Made by a program: the position numbers and the translations under genes. Below, piece by piece: positions 25,431 through 36,567 of a stretch of DNA of 64,000 bases. The stretch is from the human T2T-CHM13v2.0 reference genome, Homo sapiens: NCBI RefSeq assembly GCF_009914755.1, contig NC_060930.1; one strand, 5' to 3'. Below the pieces are notes generated by a model. It had not been told where the DNA came from, did not search any database, and worked only from the letters and a program-made list of their open reading frames with translations. Within the stretch, counting starts at the first letter, position 1. Every line of letters begins with the position of its first letter.

Positions 25431-25679
25431 CTTACCAGCAAAAGAAAAATGTTATAAACTAACATGAATACTATTGTTAAAATGCCAGAAGACATTATGA
25501 GATAAGGAAACACTTATTCATTATAAAAATATTTCAAATGAACTTTTTTCAACGTGTGAGGGAGGATCGGAGATATACTAGAAGTAGACCCTTAATTCAC
25601 AGAATTTCCACTCTAACTGGGAAGTTAGTCAATTAACTACTTCAGGCAGCATATAATTAGCTACTTATACCAGGAGAAA

Positions 25680-26400
25680 GAGGCAAGAACATGAGCAAGG
25701 GGAGCAATGTAGCAACCTGGAAGGTACATTGAGAAAAGTCTGAAGTTCAGTTGGCCAGGAGCACAGACTATGCGAGATTAATAGGAAATAGAGCTAGAAA
25801 GAGAGGTAGGAGGAGGATCATAGATGGTGATATGCCAGAATAAAGAAATTGAGTTTCATTCTGCAGTCAGGAACATTAAACATCTATGAGCAGAGAAGCA
25901 GCAACATTAGAATTGCTCATCAGTAACACTAAGCTCTCAGCAATGTACAAGCAGCTTGAATTAGGAAGAGCAAGAAGTGTTTTTAAAAAAGCTTTAACAA
26001 TAGTACAGGTGAGAGGAAATCAGGATCAAATTAAGAATGAGGGTAATAACAAGAAAGAGGGAAGAGACTGGAAAGACTTTCTGAGCTAGGAGAGACAGGA
26101 CTTGGCAATGAGTATGTTGTGGGTTAAGGTGAAGTGAGATCTTAAGGTGAAACAGCAAAGTTTTAAAGTCTGAGTGACCTGGATAATGATTGAGACAGAA
26201 ATGAAAATGGGAAACCGAGGATGAAGAGTTGAGCAGTGGGAGAGTAATGAAACCAGTATGTACATTTTGATTTTGTTGGGTATTTATGTGGAAATAATCA
26301 GTAGGTGGTTTCAAATATGGAAGAAATGAGAGCTGGACATAAAAGCTGAAGAGCTTACCACAAAGATGGAATGGTAACCTTATAGGAATCTGATATCAAG
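25680..26400. mobile_element. Degraded L2
   Basis: Purine-rich L2-like phrases (gaggatcatagatgg, gacaggacttggcaatgag, tctgagtgacctggataatg). Confidence 0.5.
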
Positions 26401-27350
26401 TTGGGTAAAGATAAGATGCATTTTTTGAATTGCTATGATAAAGAGGAGATGGGAGAAGGAGAAATCAGGAAGGCAGGAAATAAGAAGTCCTCTTGTACTG
26501 AAATCTGATGGAGGGAGAACTACCAGGAAGCAGGATTAGCTGGTAGTAGGAAGGAGAGAGAGAGTGAGTGTGTGTGTGTGTTTGCTTATGTGTGTATGTA
26601 CATGTGCAATAGCTAGCAAGCACATAACTGTTTAGCAAGGATGGACCCAAGTGAATACAGAGAAGGAAATAAATTATTCTCATTTTCTGTTTTACTGCTT
26701 TAGTCATTAGCTAAAATCTTGCTTCAGGTTGTAGGTGCCTTGAATATGGGATGAACTGAATTTAATGATAGTAGTTTACTTTGTTGGACCTCTAAGGGGT
26801 GTCTTACTATAGTAGTCAGTTCAAAGCCTCTGGTTTTAAAAGAGCTTAGAAGTCAGCTACTTTTTACTCCTTCAAAAGATGGTAATGTCTCTATGAAAAT
26901 GAGGATGTTCTGGGTAAAACTCACTTATAATATCTCTCTTCTGGCAAGCTTTTTTTTTTTTTTTTTAAAGAAATATACAGTAGTTTCCAAACTTGTTATT
27001 TTGCAGCATTCCCACTAATCCTGTTTAGTCTTAAAATTGTTATGACATCTTGTTTTGGTAGTCACGACCATCAACAGCCTTTTAAGTCAATTCTCTTTAT
27101 AAACTGTACAAATCGGCTACTATTTGTGTGTCCTGGGACTAGATAAAGTATGAACAGCATCATATTCAGTTCAACCAATACAGATAATTTTATGTTTCTG
27201 AGGCAGACACTGAGAAATAGAGAGATGAATGAATGAGAGAGAGGGGGCGGGGAGAGACAGAAGATGAAAGAGAGCAGAAGAGGATGAAGAGGAGAACTAG
27301 GAGTAAGAGGAAAGAAAATTCAAAGTGTGAGGAAGCAGAATCATCAGAAT

Positions 27351-27423
27351 CTGCAAGATGGTGGTTATGGGAGGAAAATCTTTCCTACCCACTCTATGGA
27401 AGAATTATAAACTAGATAAATAA
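27351..27423 (+). repeat. 73-bp dispersed direct repeat, copy 2
   Basis: 72/73 identical to 25358-25430. Confidence 0.95.
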
Positions 27424-27499
27424 ATAAAATAGCTTTTATTGAACATCGCTACGTGCCAGGCAATGCTCTCAAAAGCACTATTATCTCTGTTTTTGAAAA

Positions 27500-29483
27500 T
27501 TAATAAACTTTATTTATTAGAGTATTAGGCTCACAGAAAATTCAAGAGAAAAGTAGTTTGCATATACTTCCTGTCCCTACACATGTACAACCTTCTCCAC
27601 TAATGACATCTCACATGGATTGTTACAATCCATGAACCTATACTGAAACATCGTCAAAGTCTATAGTTTACGTTGGAGTTCACTCTTGGTATTGTACATT
27701 CTATGGGTTTTAACAAATGTACGACATGTCCATCATTGTAATATCATATAGAATAATTTCACTACCTTAAAAGTCTTCTGTTCAGCCTATTCATCCTTCC
27801 CTCCCTCTCATCCCCTGGCAACCACTAATCTTTTCTCTTTCACTATAGTTTTGCCTTTTCCGTAATGCCAGGCAGTTGAACTTATACAATAGGTAGACTT
27901 TTCAGATTGACTTCTTCCATTTAATAACATTTAAGTTTCCTCCATGTTCTTTCATGACATGATAGCTCATTTCTCTTTAGCACTGAATAGTATTCCACTG
28001 TCTGGATCTACCACAGTTTATTAACTTTTCTTGCTTCGAAGTCTGCTTTATCTGCAATGAATAGAGCTACTCCAGCTTTCATTTGATTAGTGTTAGCATG
28101 GCATATCTGTCTCCATCTCCTTACTTTTAAGCTATATGTGTCTTCATATTTGAAGTGGGCTTCTTTTAGAAAACATACAGTTGGGTCTTGTTTTTGATAC
28201 ATTCTGAAAATCTGTCTTTTGTTGGTATATTTGGTCTATTGATGATTAAAGTAATTATTTATATAATTGGATTAATAGCTACCATATTTGCTGGTATTTT
28301 CTATTTGTTGCCTTTGTCCTTTGCTCCTATTTTTGTCTTCTACATTTTTATGCCATTTGTGGTTTTAATGGAGTATTTTATGTGATTTCATTTTCTTTCA
28401 TTTCTTAGTATATCAATTGAACTTTTTTTAAAAAAACTTTTTTAGTGGTTGCACTAGAGTTTGCAATATAACTAATTTAGAACTAATTTAAGTACTTTCA
28501 AAGTACTCCCTGGCAACCAATGTCCTCAATTTTTGTTTGCCTGAAAAAAAATCTTTGATGAATAATTTTGCAGATACAATAGAAAAAATATGAACAGATC
28601 TTTTGAAGAATAATTCTGCAGATACAAAATTATAGGTAGTGTTTTTTTTCTGAACACTTTAAATATTTCATTCCTTTCTGTTTTTGTTTGCATGGTATCT
28701 GAGGAGAAATCCAGTGCAATTCTTTGCTCTTCTATAGGGAAGGTGCTTTTTCCTCTGGCTTCTTTTAGAATTATTTTGTCTTTTATTTTCTGCATTTTGA
28801 ATATAATGTGACTTCATGTAGCTGGTTTTGTGTGTGTGTGTGTGTGTCTGTGTGTGTGTTTTTGGCATTTATCGTGCTTGGTGTTCTTTGGGCTTCCTGG
28901 GTTTGCGGTTTGATGTCCGACATGAATTTGAGGAAACTCAGCCATTATTGCTTCAAATATTTCTTTTTTCCATTCTCTCCTTTTTCTTCTTCTGATATTC
29001 TCATTACATATGTGTTATACCTTTTGTAGTCATCTCACAGATCTTGGGTATTCTGTTCTTTTTTCCCAGTCTTTTTTTTTCTTTGTTTTTCAGTTTTAGG
29101 ATTTTCTATTGACATATCCTCAAGCTCAAAGATTCTTTTCTCAGCAGTGCCCAGTCTACTAAGCCCATAATGGCATCTTTCATTTTTGTTATAGTATTTT
29201 TGGTCTCTAATATTCCTTTTTATTCTTAGAATTTTCATCTCTCTGCTTACATTATTACTACTATCTGTTCTTGCAAATTGTCGACTTTTTCCACTGAAGC
29301 CTTCAGCATATTAATCATAGTTTTTTAAAATTCCTGACCTGATGATTTCAACATTCCTGTTATATCTGACTCTGGTTCTGATGTTTGTACAGTCCCTTCA
29401 AACAGTGTATGAGTTGGATTCTCTAGAGGAACAGAACTAGTAGGAGATATATATATATATATGTGTGTGTGTGTATATATATA

Positions 29484-29520
<37 letters not shown>

Positions 29521-30700
29521 GGGAGTTTATAAAGTATTAACTTAATGATCACAAGGTCCCACAGTAGCCTATGTGCAAGCTGAGGAGCAAGGAGAGCCAG
29601 TCCAAGTCCCAAAACTGAAGAACCTGGAGTCTGATGTTTGAGGGCAGGAAGCATCCAGCATGGAAGAAAGATGTAGCTGGGAGGCTAGGCCAGTCTCTTT
29701 CTCACATTTTTCTGCCTACCTTATATGTGCTGGCAGCTGATTAGATTGTGCCCACCAGATAAAGGGTGGATCTGCTCTCCTCAGCCCACTGACTCAAATG
29801 TTAATCTCCTTTGGCAGCACCTTCACAGACACACCCAGGATCAATACTTTGTATCCTTAAATCCAATCAAGTTGACACTCAGTATTAACCATCACAGTGT
29901 CTTTTGCCTCCTAGTATTCCTCATATTTTTTTGTTGAAAGGTAGTCATAACGTATTGGGTAAAAGGAACTGCTGTAAATAGGCCTTTAGTAATGTAGTGG
30001 TAAGGTGTAGGGTGAGGGGAAGAGTTCTATAGCTATGATTAGGCCTCAATCTTTTGGATAGCCGGTGTCCTCAGACTAGGAACTTACCAGTACTTCTTAA
30101 TTCCCTTTCCCTACTCTTAGGTGGGAAAGGATAGTTGGAGTGGGCAGGAGCTGTGTATTTCCCTTTCCTGAGGTAGTTTAGGCTCTGATAAAATCCCAGA
30201 AGGTTAGGTTCTGATAAAACAGTTTCTCTTGAGGGTAGATCTTGTTGAGAAGAACAGAATGCTCTGTCATATTTCAAAATGACTCTTTGCTTTTCCTCTT
30301 GCTGGAAGCATGAAGGAATTTTTCTCTGACATTGATTTTGAGGACCTGATAGGGTTACTGAGGGGAAACTCAAAAAAGTGTGAGGACCCTCCTATGTTTG
30401 TGTCCCCTTGGAATTTTCTCAGACTTGTCTACACCCAGCTTCCAGCAACTTGTCAATTACAGTTCACATTTTTGTACCCTGGGACTGGTTCTCACGGAGA
30501 TTTCTGCTCCAATAAATTATAATTCTCTGTATTCAGCTGGCTGTTTTTCCAATGTTGAGGGCTGTTGTTTGCCTTGTGACATTACTTCTCTGATGGAGCT
30601 CATTAAAGTTTTTGTTTTTTTAGATTGTTCAGCTTTTTGCTTGTTATGACAGAATGGTGACTTCCAAGCTCCTTACATAATGGACTGGAAATCAGAAGTC
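27500..30700 (-). mobile_element. Old L1MC-type element with 5' end, ORF1, EN start and 3'UTR but most of ORF2 deleted
   Basis: 3'UTR at about 27500-28025 joins directly to EN codons (ORF 28008..28202, QDPTVCFLKEAHF...KAGVALFIADKADF). ORF1 remnants at 28500-29350; 5' end gacttctgatttccagtcc at about 30700. Confidence 0.75.
29406..29896 (-). mobile_element. MLT2A1-like (HERVL) solo LTR nested in the L1MC, with internal (TA)n/(TG)n
   Basis: Minus strand begins tgtgatggttaatactgagtgtcaacttg; internal caagctgaggagcaaggagagccagtcc. Confidence 0.88.
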
Positions 30701-31129
30701 CACTACTGCTTTTTTTTTTTTTTTTTTTTGAGAAGATAGCTGAATCTTTAAGCCTCCGTAAAAGGAAAGCAATTTTCTGAATGTTGCAGTTAGAAACACT
30801 TGCCTTTGAAGACTAATTCTGCTGCTTATTAATTCTAAAATTGAGAATCTTAAAATGTCACCTGACTCTGAAAAGGTTATGGAAGAATGACTCCCACACA
30901 GAGGTTCTATTCCTGACTGCCATGGTCCCACTTTCCACCCGATCTCTCCTCCTCACTAACGCTGTTGCCTTGAAGACTTTGTCTGTTATTGGACCCCATC
31001 ATCCCCATAATATTCCTTCCACATTACTCTAACAATGATATTGTCTAACATGTTTTGAACTCTCATTTGGTGAGAGCTAAATATGATTTTTACTTGGATA
31101 ATGTATTTTGACCTTAAATACAACTCTAT

Positions 31130-31290
31130 GGTTACCCCCTTTTACAAAGGAGAAATCAGGCACCTGGAAAGGTCAAGTAACATGCTCAGGAACAAGTAAA
31201 GGTCACGTAACACTCTCAAGAACATGTTGCTAGGAAATGTCAACTTAGATGCTATAACTTCAGAGACCTTCCTCTGTATATTACTGCTAT
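31130..31290. mobile_element. MIR with an internal 30-bp tandem duplication
   Basis: MIR core ttttacaaaggagaaatcaggcac...aggtcaagtaacatgctcagg. Confidence 0.6.
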
Positions 31291-32644
31291 TGCATTCAGT
31301 AGAACATTTACATCAGCTGCCTTATGTGTTTGGATAATAAACTGTATTTTTGTATTTTACCATTTTGCAATATGAAGTAACTAACTCTGTAAACATTAAT
31401 TATTACTCTATCATTATTACATCTTTCCTCCCAATTTTATGCATATAATAGGTTTTTAAACATTTTTGTTTTTCCTCACTCTACTAATACTTTACACAAA
31501 GCATCACACTAAGTTTTTTACTTTCTTCAACCTTCCTATTTTCTTCATTATTCCATCCTTAATCCTATTCATCTGTCCGTTCTATTTCTTTCATTTCTTT
31601 GAAACCTGTGGAAAGGCATTTTAAATAATTATATTTCTATGTAATATAAAATAATTTTTAGTTTGCTATATCTATTTTGAGATCACAAATGCAATGCCAC
31701 TGATATAATTATCAAGTTATCTCATGCACTGGAAATAATCACAAACTCTAAAAAAGTTAATGAATAAATGACTACCAACTGTAAGGGATTATGACTATAA
31801 CCACATGAGTATACTATTTCACTATTTGAAATGCCTCACATGCAAGGAGAACTTGGACAGATGAAGGTCAAAATTCAGATATAAACCTAAAAAGGTTCAG
31901 TAGTACAGTTCAATGGGAAAAGTACATTAGAAAGTCCATGAATTGCTACCACTTACATGCCTGGTCTTTTTATCTGTAGCCCATATGACAGCACAGTCTC
32001 ATTCAATAAAACTCTTTGATTTTGCCTAAGAACCATGAGTACAAAAACACTTGAATATATGGGAAGTTGTTGGGTTCAAGTGTGGGGCAAGCAATGGGTA
32101 TGAAAATAAGGGAAAGTTTGAAAGTTCATATTGTAAACCAATTTTCTCTCTTCTATTAAAAACTAATGGGATAGAAGAGTGCTTCCAAAGAAACCTCTTA
32201 GAAATCACAGCTAGAGATTGCAAACACATTGTTTGGCTGGTAGGCTCCCTGTCTTTTTTTCTATAACAGAATATAGGCTTCTGTTGGATTAAGGATAAAA
32301 ATACATTGTAAAGTGCTACACGGTATGAACCTGGTGATTAACGATATTTTGTTCACATAGAATCTAAAGAATCTTTTTTTTTAAAAAGTAAGCATGGAGG
32401 AAATTTAAAGGCTTTCTTACTCCCTCTTTCTACACTCCACTTCACATAAATAATATAGACATTGGGGTAAAGAATGAAGTAGAATATTTTATATATGTAT
32501 ATGTATGTATGTATAACTTAGACATACTCTCAGATTACTCCACATTGACCTTTAATGATACTCAGATTTCTCGCATTAGGCACTGAGGGGATGGATATAC
32601 CATGTTATAAAAAATGTTGGTGGATGACTCTGTGTGTGTGTGTT

Positions 32645-33300
32645 TGTAGATCAGAAGATCAGTTTTGAATATTAACTTTGATATCTAAAAAGACATCAGA
32701 GTGAAGATGCCTGTATGGTGTTTGTTGGCTATGGCTATATGGATCTGAAGTTTACAGGCATGATCTATTCTGAAGATGCACATTTTAGAATTAAGGGAAT
32801 TTTATTAATTGAAGCTGAGCAATGGGTATGGGAGAGATTTATTTTATATATGTATATATGCCACATTTTTATTTTAGGTGTGAGAGATTTCTTTAGAGAA
32901 TATGGGAAGATAAAGAAGAAAATGAGGTTTGATATTAGGACCTAAGGAACTGTAAAAAGTGAGAGGATATAGCAAAGGAGTCTAAAAAAGGCAGACAGAG
33001 AGGCAGGCACCATAAGGAAGTATGGCATTAGAAAAGCTGAAAGGAGACAGTATTTTGGAAGAAAGAACCCTCAGTTGTGTAAAGTTTCTAGATCAGCCTG
33101 TGTTACAGCAGGGCTAGGGAGTAAGGAATTGGCAGTACTGAATTAGAACCTATAAATTAATATTTGAAAAAAGGAGAAGAATCATAGGGCAGTAGCTGCA
33201 CAGTAGTAGATTTTTGGAGGAATTTTATTGAATGGGAAGGACTAGAGGAGTTTAAATGCTGTCACAAGGGCCTAGTAGAACAAAAGAAGTTGTAGATCCA
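32645..33300. mobile_element. Degraded L2
   Basis: gatcagttttgaatattaactttga...ggctatatggatctgaagttt. Confidence 0.5.
33046..33140 (+). repeat. About 95-bp dispersed direct repeat, copy 1
   Basis: About 88% identical to 35765-35862. Confidence 0.9.
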
Positions 33301-34604
33301 GGAATGAGAGTGAACATTTCATAGTTTCTGTTACAGGGGGAATATGATCTGAGTTACTTAGGGTCTTAATTACAAAAAGTAAAATTCACTCTACTAGTTT
33401 AAGCTGAATAAAATAGTTGTACCTCATTGGCAGAGACTCTGTCATATGTTTATGTCTGCCTTAGAAGGCAGGGGTTATGTTGTAGAGGCAAATCTCATAG
33501 CAAGATATTTTCTAAAATACAGAGAAGGTATTATAAAGATGATAGGCACCCACCATAGGAGAAAAAGAGGCTATAGGAGTCGAGCACGGATGGAAGAATT
33601 GGCCTTAATTAGTAGTTTAGAAATTGTCTCCATGGCAGTGCGGATAAAAAGCAAATGGGTGATGATCTGAAAGTTTTGAAAGTTGCCATCTGAGGGCAAC
33701 AATTTTTTTTCTCAGAAAAGTAGGACACAAATTGAGACCGAAGGTAATAGTGAATGTCTGAGGTTTGAAAATGTGGAAAAGATTGAAAATAGTCATTGTG
33801 GAGATAGGGAGAGAAGGCTGAGAAAAATGACATAATATTTATGAGCTGTGTGGAAGTTTCAGTGTAAAGTGGTGGCCATGAATTTATAGTAGTACCAATC
33901 TTCCCAGCTAGATGACTTTATTTTTAAATAGTAATCAGAAGCCTGGGTGATGACATGGAGATGACAGATACCCAGGCTTATCCAGATTTAAATTCTGGTT
34001 GAAAGTCCTGTGAAATGGTAGAGAAGAATGAAAATTTAAATATATTAGAAAGAAATATATTATGGAAGCATAAATACCAAATACATTCTCATAGCCACAT
34101 ACTGCCATTGGCTAATGTTATATAAAATCCCAGGTGTACTTGAGCCATTAGTGTCTGCTCATAAGGACAGATATTTATCCCTATTATATATTTAATTTTA
34201 ATTGAGTTGCTCTGTTATTCCATGCAGCTGGTTAAAATTTTTTGGCTTTGATTTTGTCATCCCTTACATTACTTTTCTTTCAGGCTTTATTTCACCTGAA
34301 AATATGATAAACAGATAATATCTTAATCCAAATTACTAATGAAAATGTTGAATGAGAGAAGGCAAATTATATAACCCTCTAATATGTTGTTTTAAAGAGT
34401 TTAATCCAAATTCTTAGATATGGGGATTTTAATAATCATTTTCTCAGTGATAGAATCACAAAATTTTATAGCTATGCCATACCTGGACTCCATGCATTTT
34501 TTTCACAGCCAAGAAAGCTGTTGGTCAAGAAGTTTAATTGATTTTTCCCAAAGCAGCGACTGGGTGGTGGACGTTCAACACCAGACTGAGTTTGTATATA
34601 TGTA

Positions 34605-34765
34605 TTTTTTATTTTTTAACTGTATATTGACAAATTATAAGGTATATGTTTATGGAGTACAAAGTGACATTATAGTATATATAAAATATATACACACACA
34701 ATGTGAAATTATTAAATCAAGTTAGTTAACATACCCACCATCTCAAATACTTACCATTTAATCCT
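34605..34765 (-). mobile_element. L1MA 3'-end fragment
   Basis: tttatggagtacaaagtgac...attaaatcaagttagttaacatacccaccatctcaaatactta. Confidence 0.7.
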
Positions 34766-34934
34766 CCTAACCACAACATTATACATTGACAACCAGTTCT
34801 GGAATTGGTGGCTTTTTATACACTAGTCTTTTCTATCACATGAAACAAGTTCTTTTCACATTCAAATGGTTTTTGACATATTAAGTAAATTTTTATTTTC
34901 TATGAATTAAAGAATAAAAATTTACTTAATTTTT

Positions 34935-35022
34935 ATTATATATATCTTCTATATATCTAGAATAGATATATATCTAGAATAATATATATCTATAATATCT
35001 ATATATCTCTCTATATATATCT
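34935..35022. repeat. TA-rich low-complexity repeat
   Basis: tatatatctagaata units. Confidence 0.85.
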
Positions 35023-35484
35023 TCAGGAAATTTGATTCTCCACTTTTTAGTAGTTTTTTGGTTACAAATGTTACTGTGAATGAGGTCCCAGGGGGAGTTG
35101 CATTAATATCATCTATCCCCCAGAGATTGTAGTCAGGAGACACTGCACTGGCATCGTGAAAATGAAAATGCAATTACAACAATGTAGAGTTCTGTAATTA
35201 TAAATTAAATTTTCATTCTATCTGTTCCTTAAGGTTATGTTGATTGAAAACTGAAAACTAGTTTTGCCGTTACCAGTTGATAAACAAAAAGTTTATCATA
35301 GACAAAATGCAGACTGTAATATGATATACAAAGTCCATTTGAAACTATTTTTCAACCTGTAAATGTAATTATAATTAGAGTTATACTAAGTTATAAACTT
35401 TTATAACAGTAAATGTCTTTTATTTGTTCCAAATTGGGAACAAATTAAAATTTAGTTTTAAGAATGTTTTCACATTTAATCACT

Positions 35485-35710
35485 GCAGTACTATAACATA
35501 GGCTTTGAACAGTGATACTGGCGTTTGAATCTCAGATCTGTTATATGATAGCTGTGGTTGAATATTATGTAATCTTTTTAGCTTCAGTTCACTTGTATGT
35601 AAAATGAGAAGCACATTACCTGTCTCATTAGGTTGTGAGAATTAAATAACTATATTTGTCTCTAAAGTACAAGGAACAATCTCTAGTTTACAGTATTTAC
35701 TCCGTAAATA
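35485..35710. mobile_element. MIR
   Basis: ggcgtttgaatctcagatctg...cttcagttcacttgtatgtaaaatgag...ttgtgagaattaaat. Confidence 0.7.
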
Positions 35711-35764
35711 ACAGATATGACTTTTGCACTTATAGAATAAGAAAGAAGGGAGCAAAAATTCCTT

Positions 35765-35862
35765 GACAGCATTTTAGCAAGATAGAACCCTCTATTGTGT
35801 AAAAAGTTTCTAGATCAGCCTGTGTTACGGCAGGACTAGAGGGTAAGGAATTGGCAGTTCTG
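35765..35862 (+). repeat. About 95-bp dispersed direct repeat, copy 2
   Basis: About 88% identical to 33046-33140. Confidence 0.9.
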
Positions 35863-36065
35863 TTCTCTTTTTCTGAATGGAGTTAGTTTTAATTATAAAC
35901 TTTACCATGGGAAGCATCTAGAGATACATCACATATAATTTTGGTACCGTATTTTAAATGTTATAATGGCTATATTCTTTTATATTTCAACTAGTAACTG
36001 TGAAGAGTGTTTCTTACTGTCCTGTTTTAAAACAGCTACGAAAGTTGCTAACATCAGTCTACATC

Positions 36066-36272
36066 ACGAGTTGGCAAGCAGGTTAAATCCAGCATGCTTT
36101 CAGTTTTTGTAAGTAAAATTTTATTGGAACTATGCCCATTCATTTACATATTTTCTATGGCTGCTTTCACAGTACACTGGCAGAATTGACTGGTTGTGTC
36201 AGACTATATGACCTGCTAAACCTAAAATAATTTACTACCTGGCCCTTTACAGAAAAAAACTTACCAGCCTTT
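36066..36272 (+). mobile_element. MER58A-like DNA transposon
   Basis: tttttgtaagtaaaattttattggaac...ctggccctttacagaaaaa. Confidence 0.75.
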
Positions 36273-36567
36273 GTTCTACTTGATTTAAACCATGAAAGCT
36301 ATGAGGAAAAAGTGGTAAATAGATTGAAAAAAATTTCTCCAGACAATATTATGAGCTAGATTTGAAAAAACATTGATATATAAGGTGCAAAATTCTGGAA
36401 TTTACTAAAGAAGTTATAATTATTGAAATATTCCCTGGTATTTTTGTCTTCTATTATTTGCTATCCATTATACTTTTTATTTTAAAATTTTATTTCTGGT
36501 GTTTATTGTTTATTTTATTAGCTTTATTCTTCATAATGCCTTTCTAAACTCAAAAATATACCACCTA

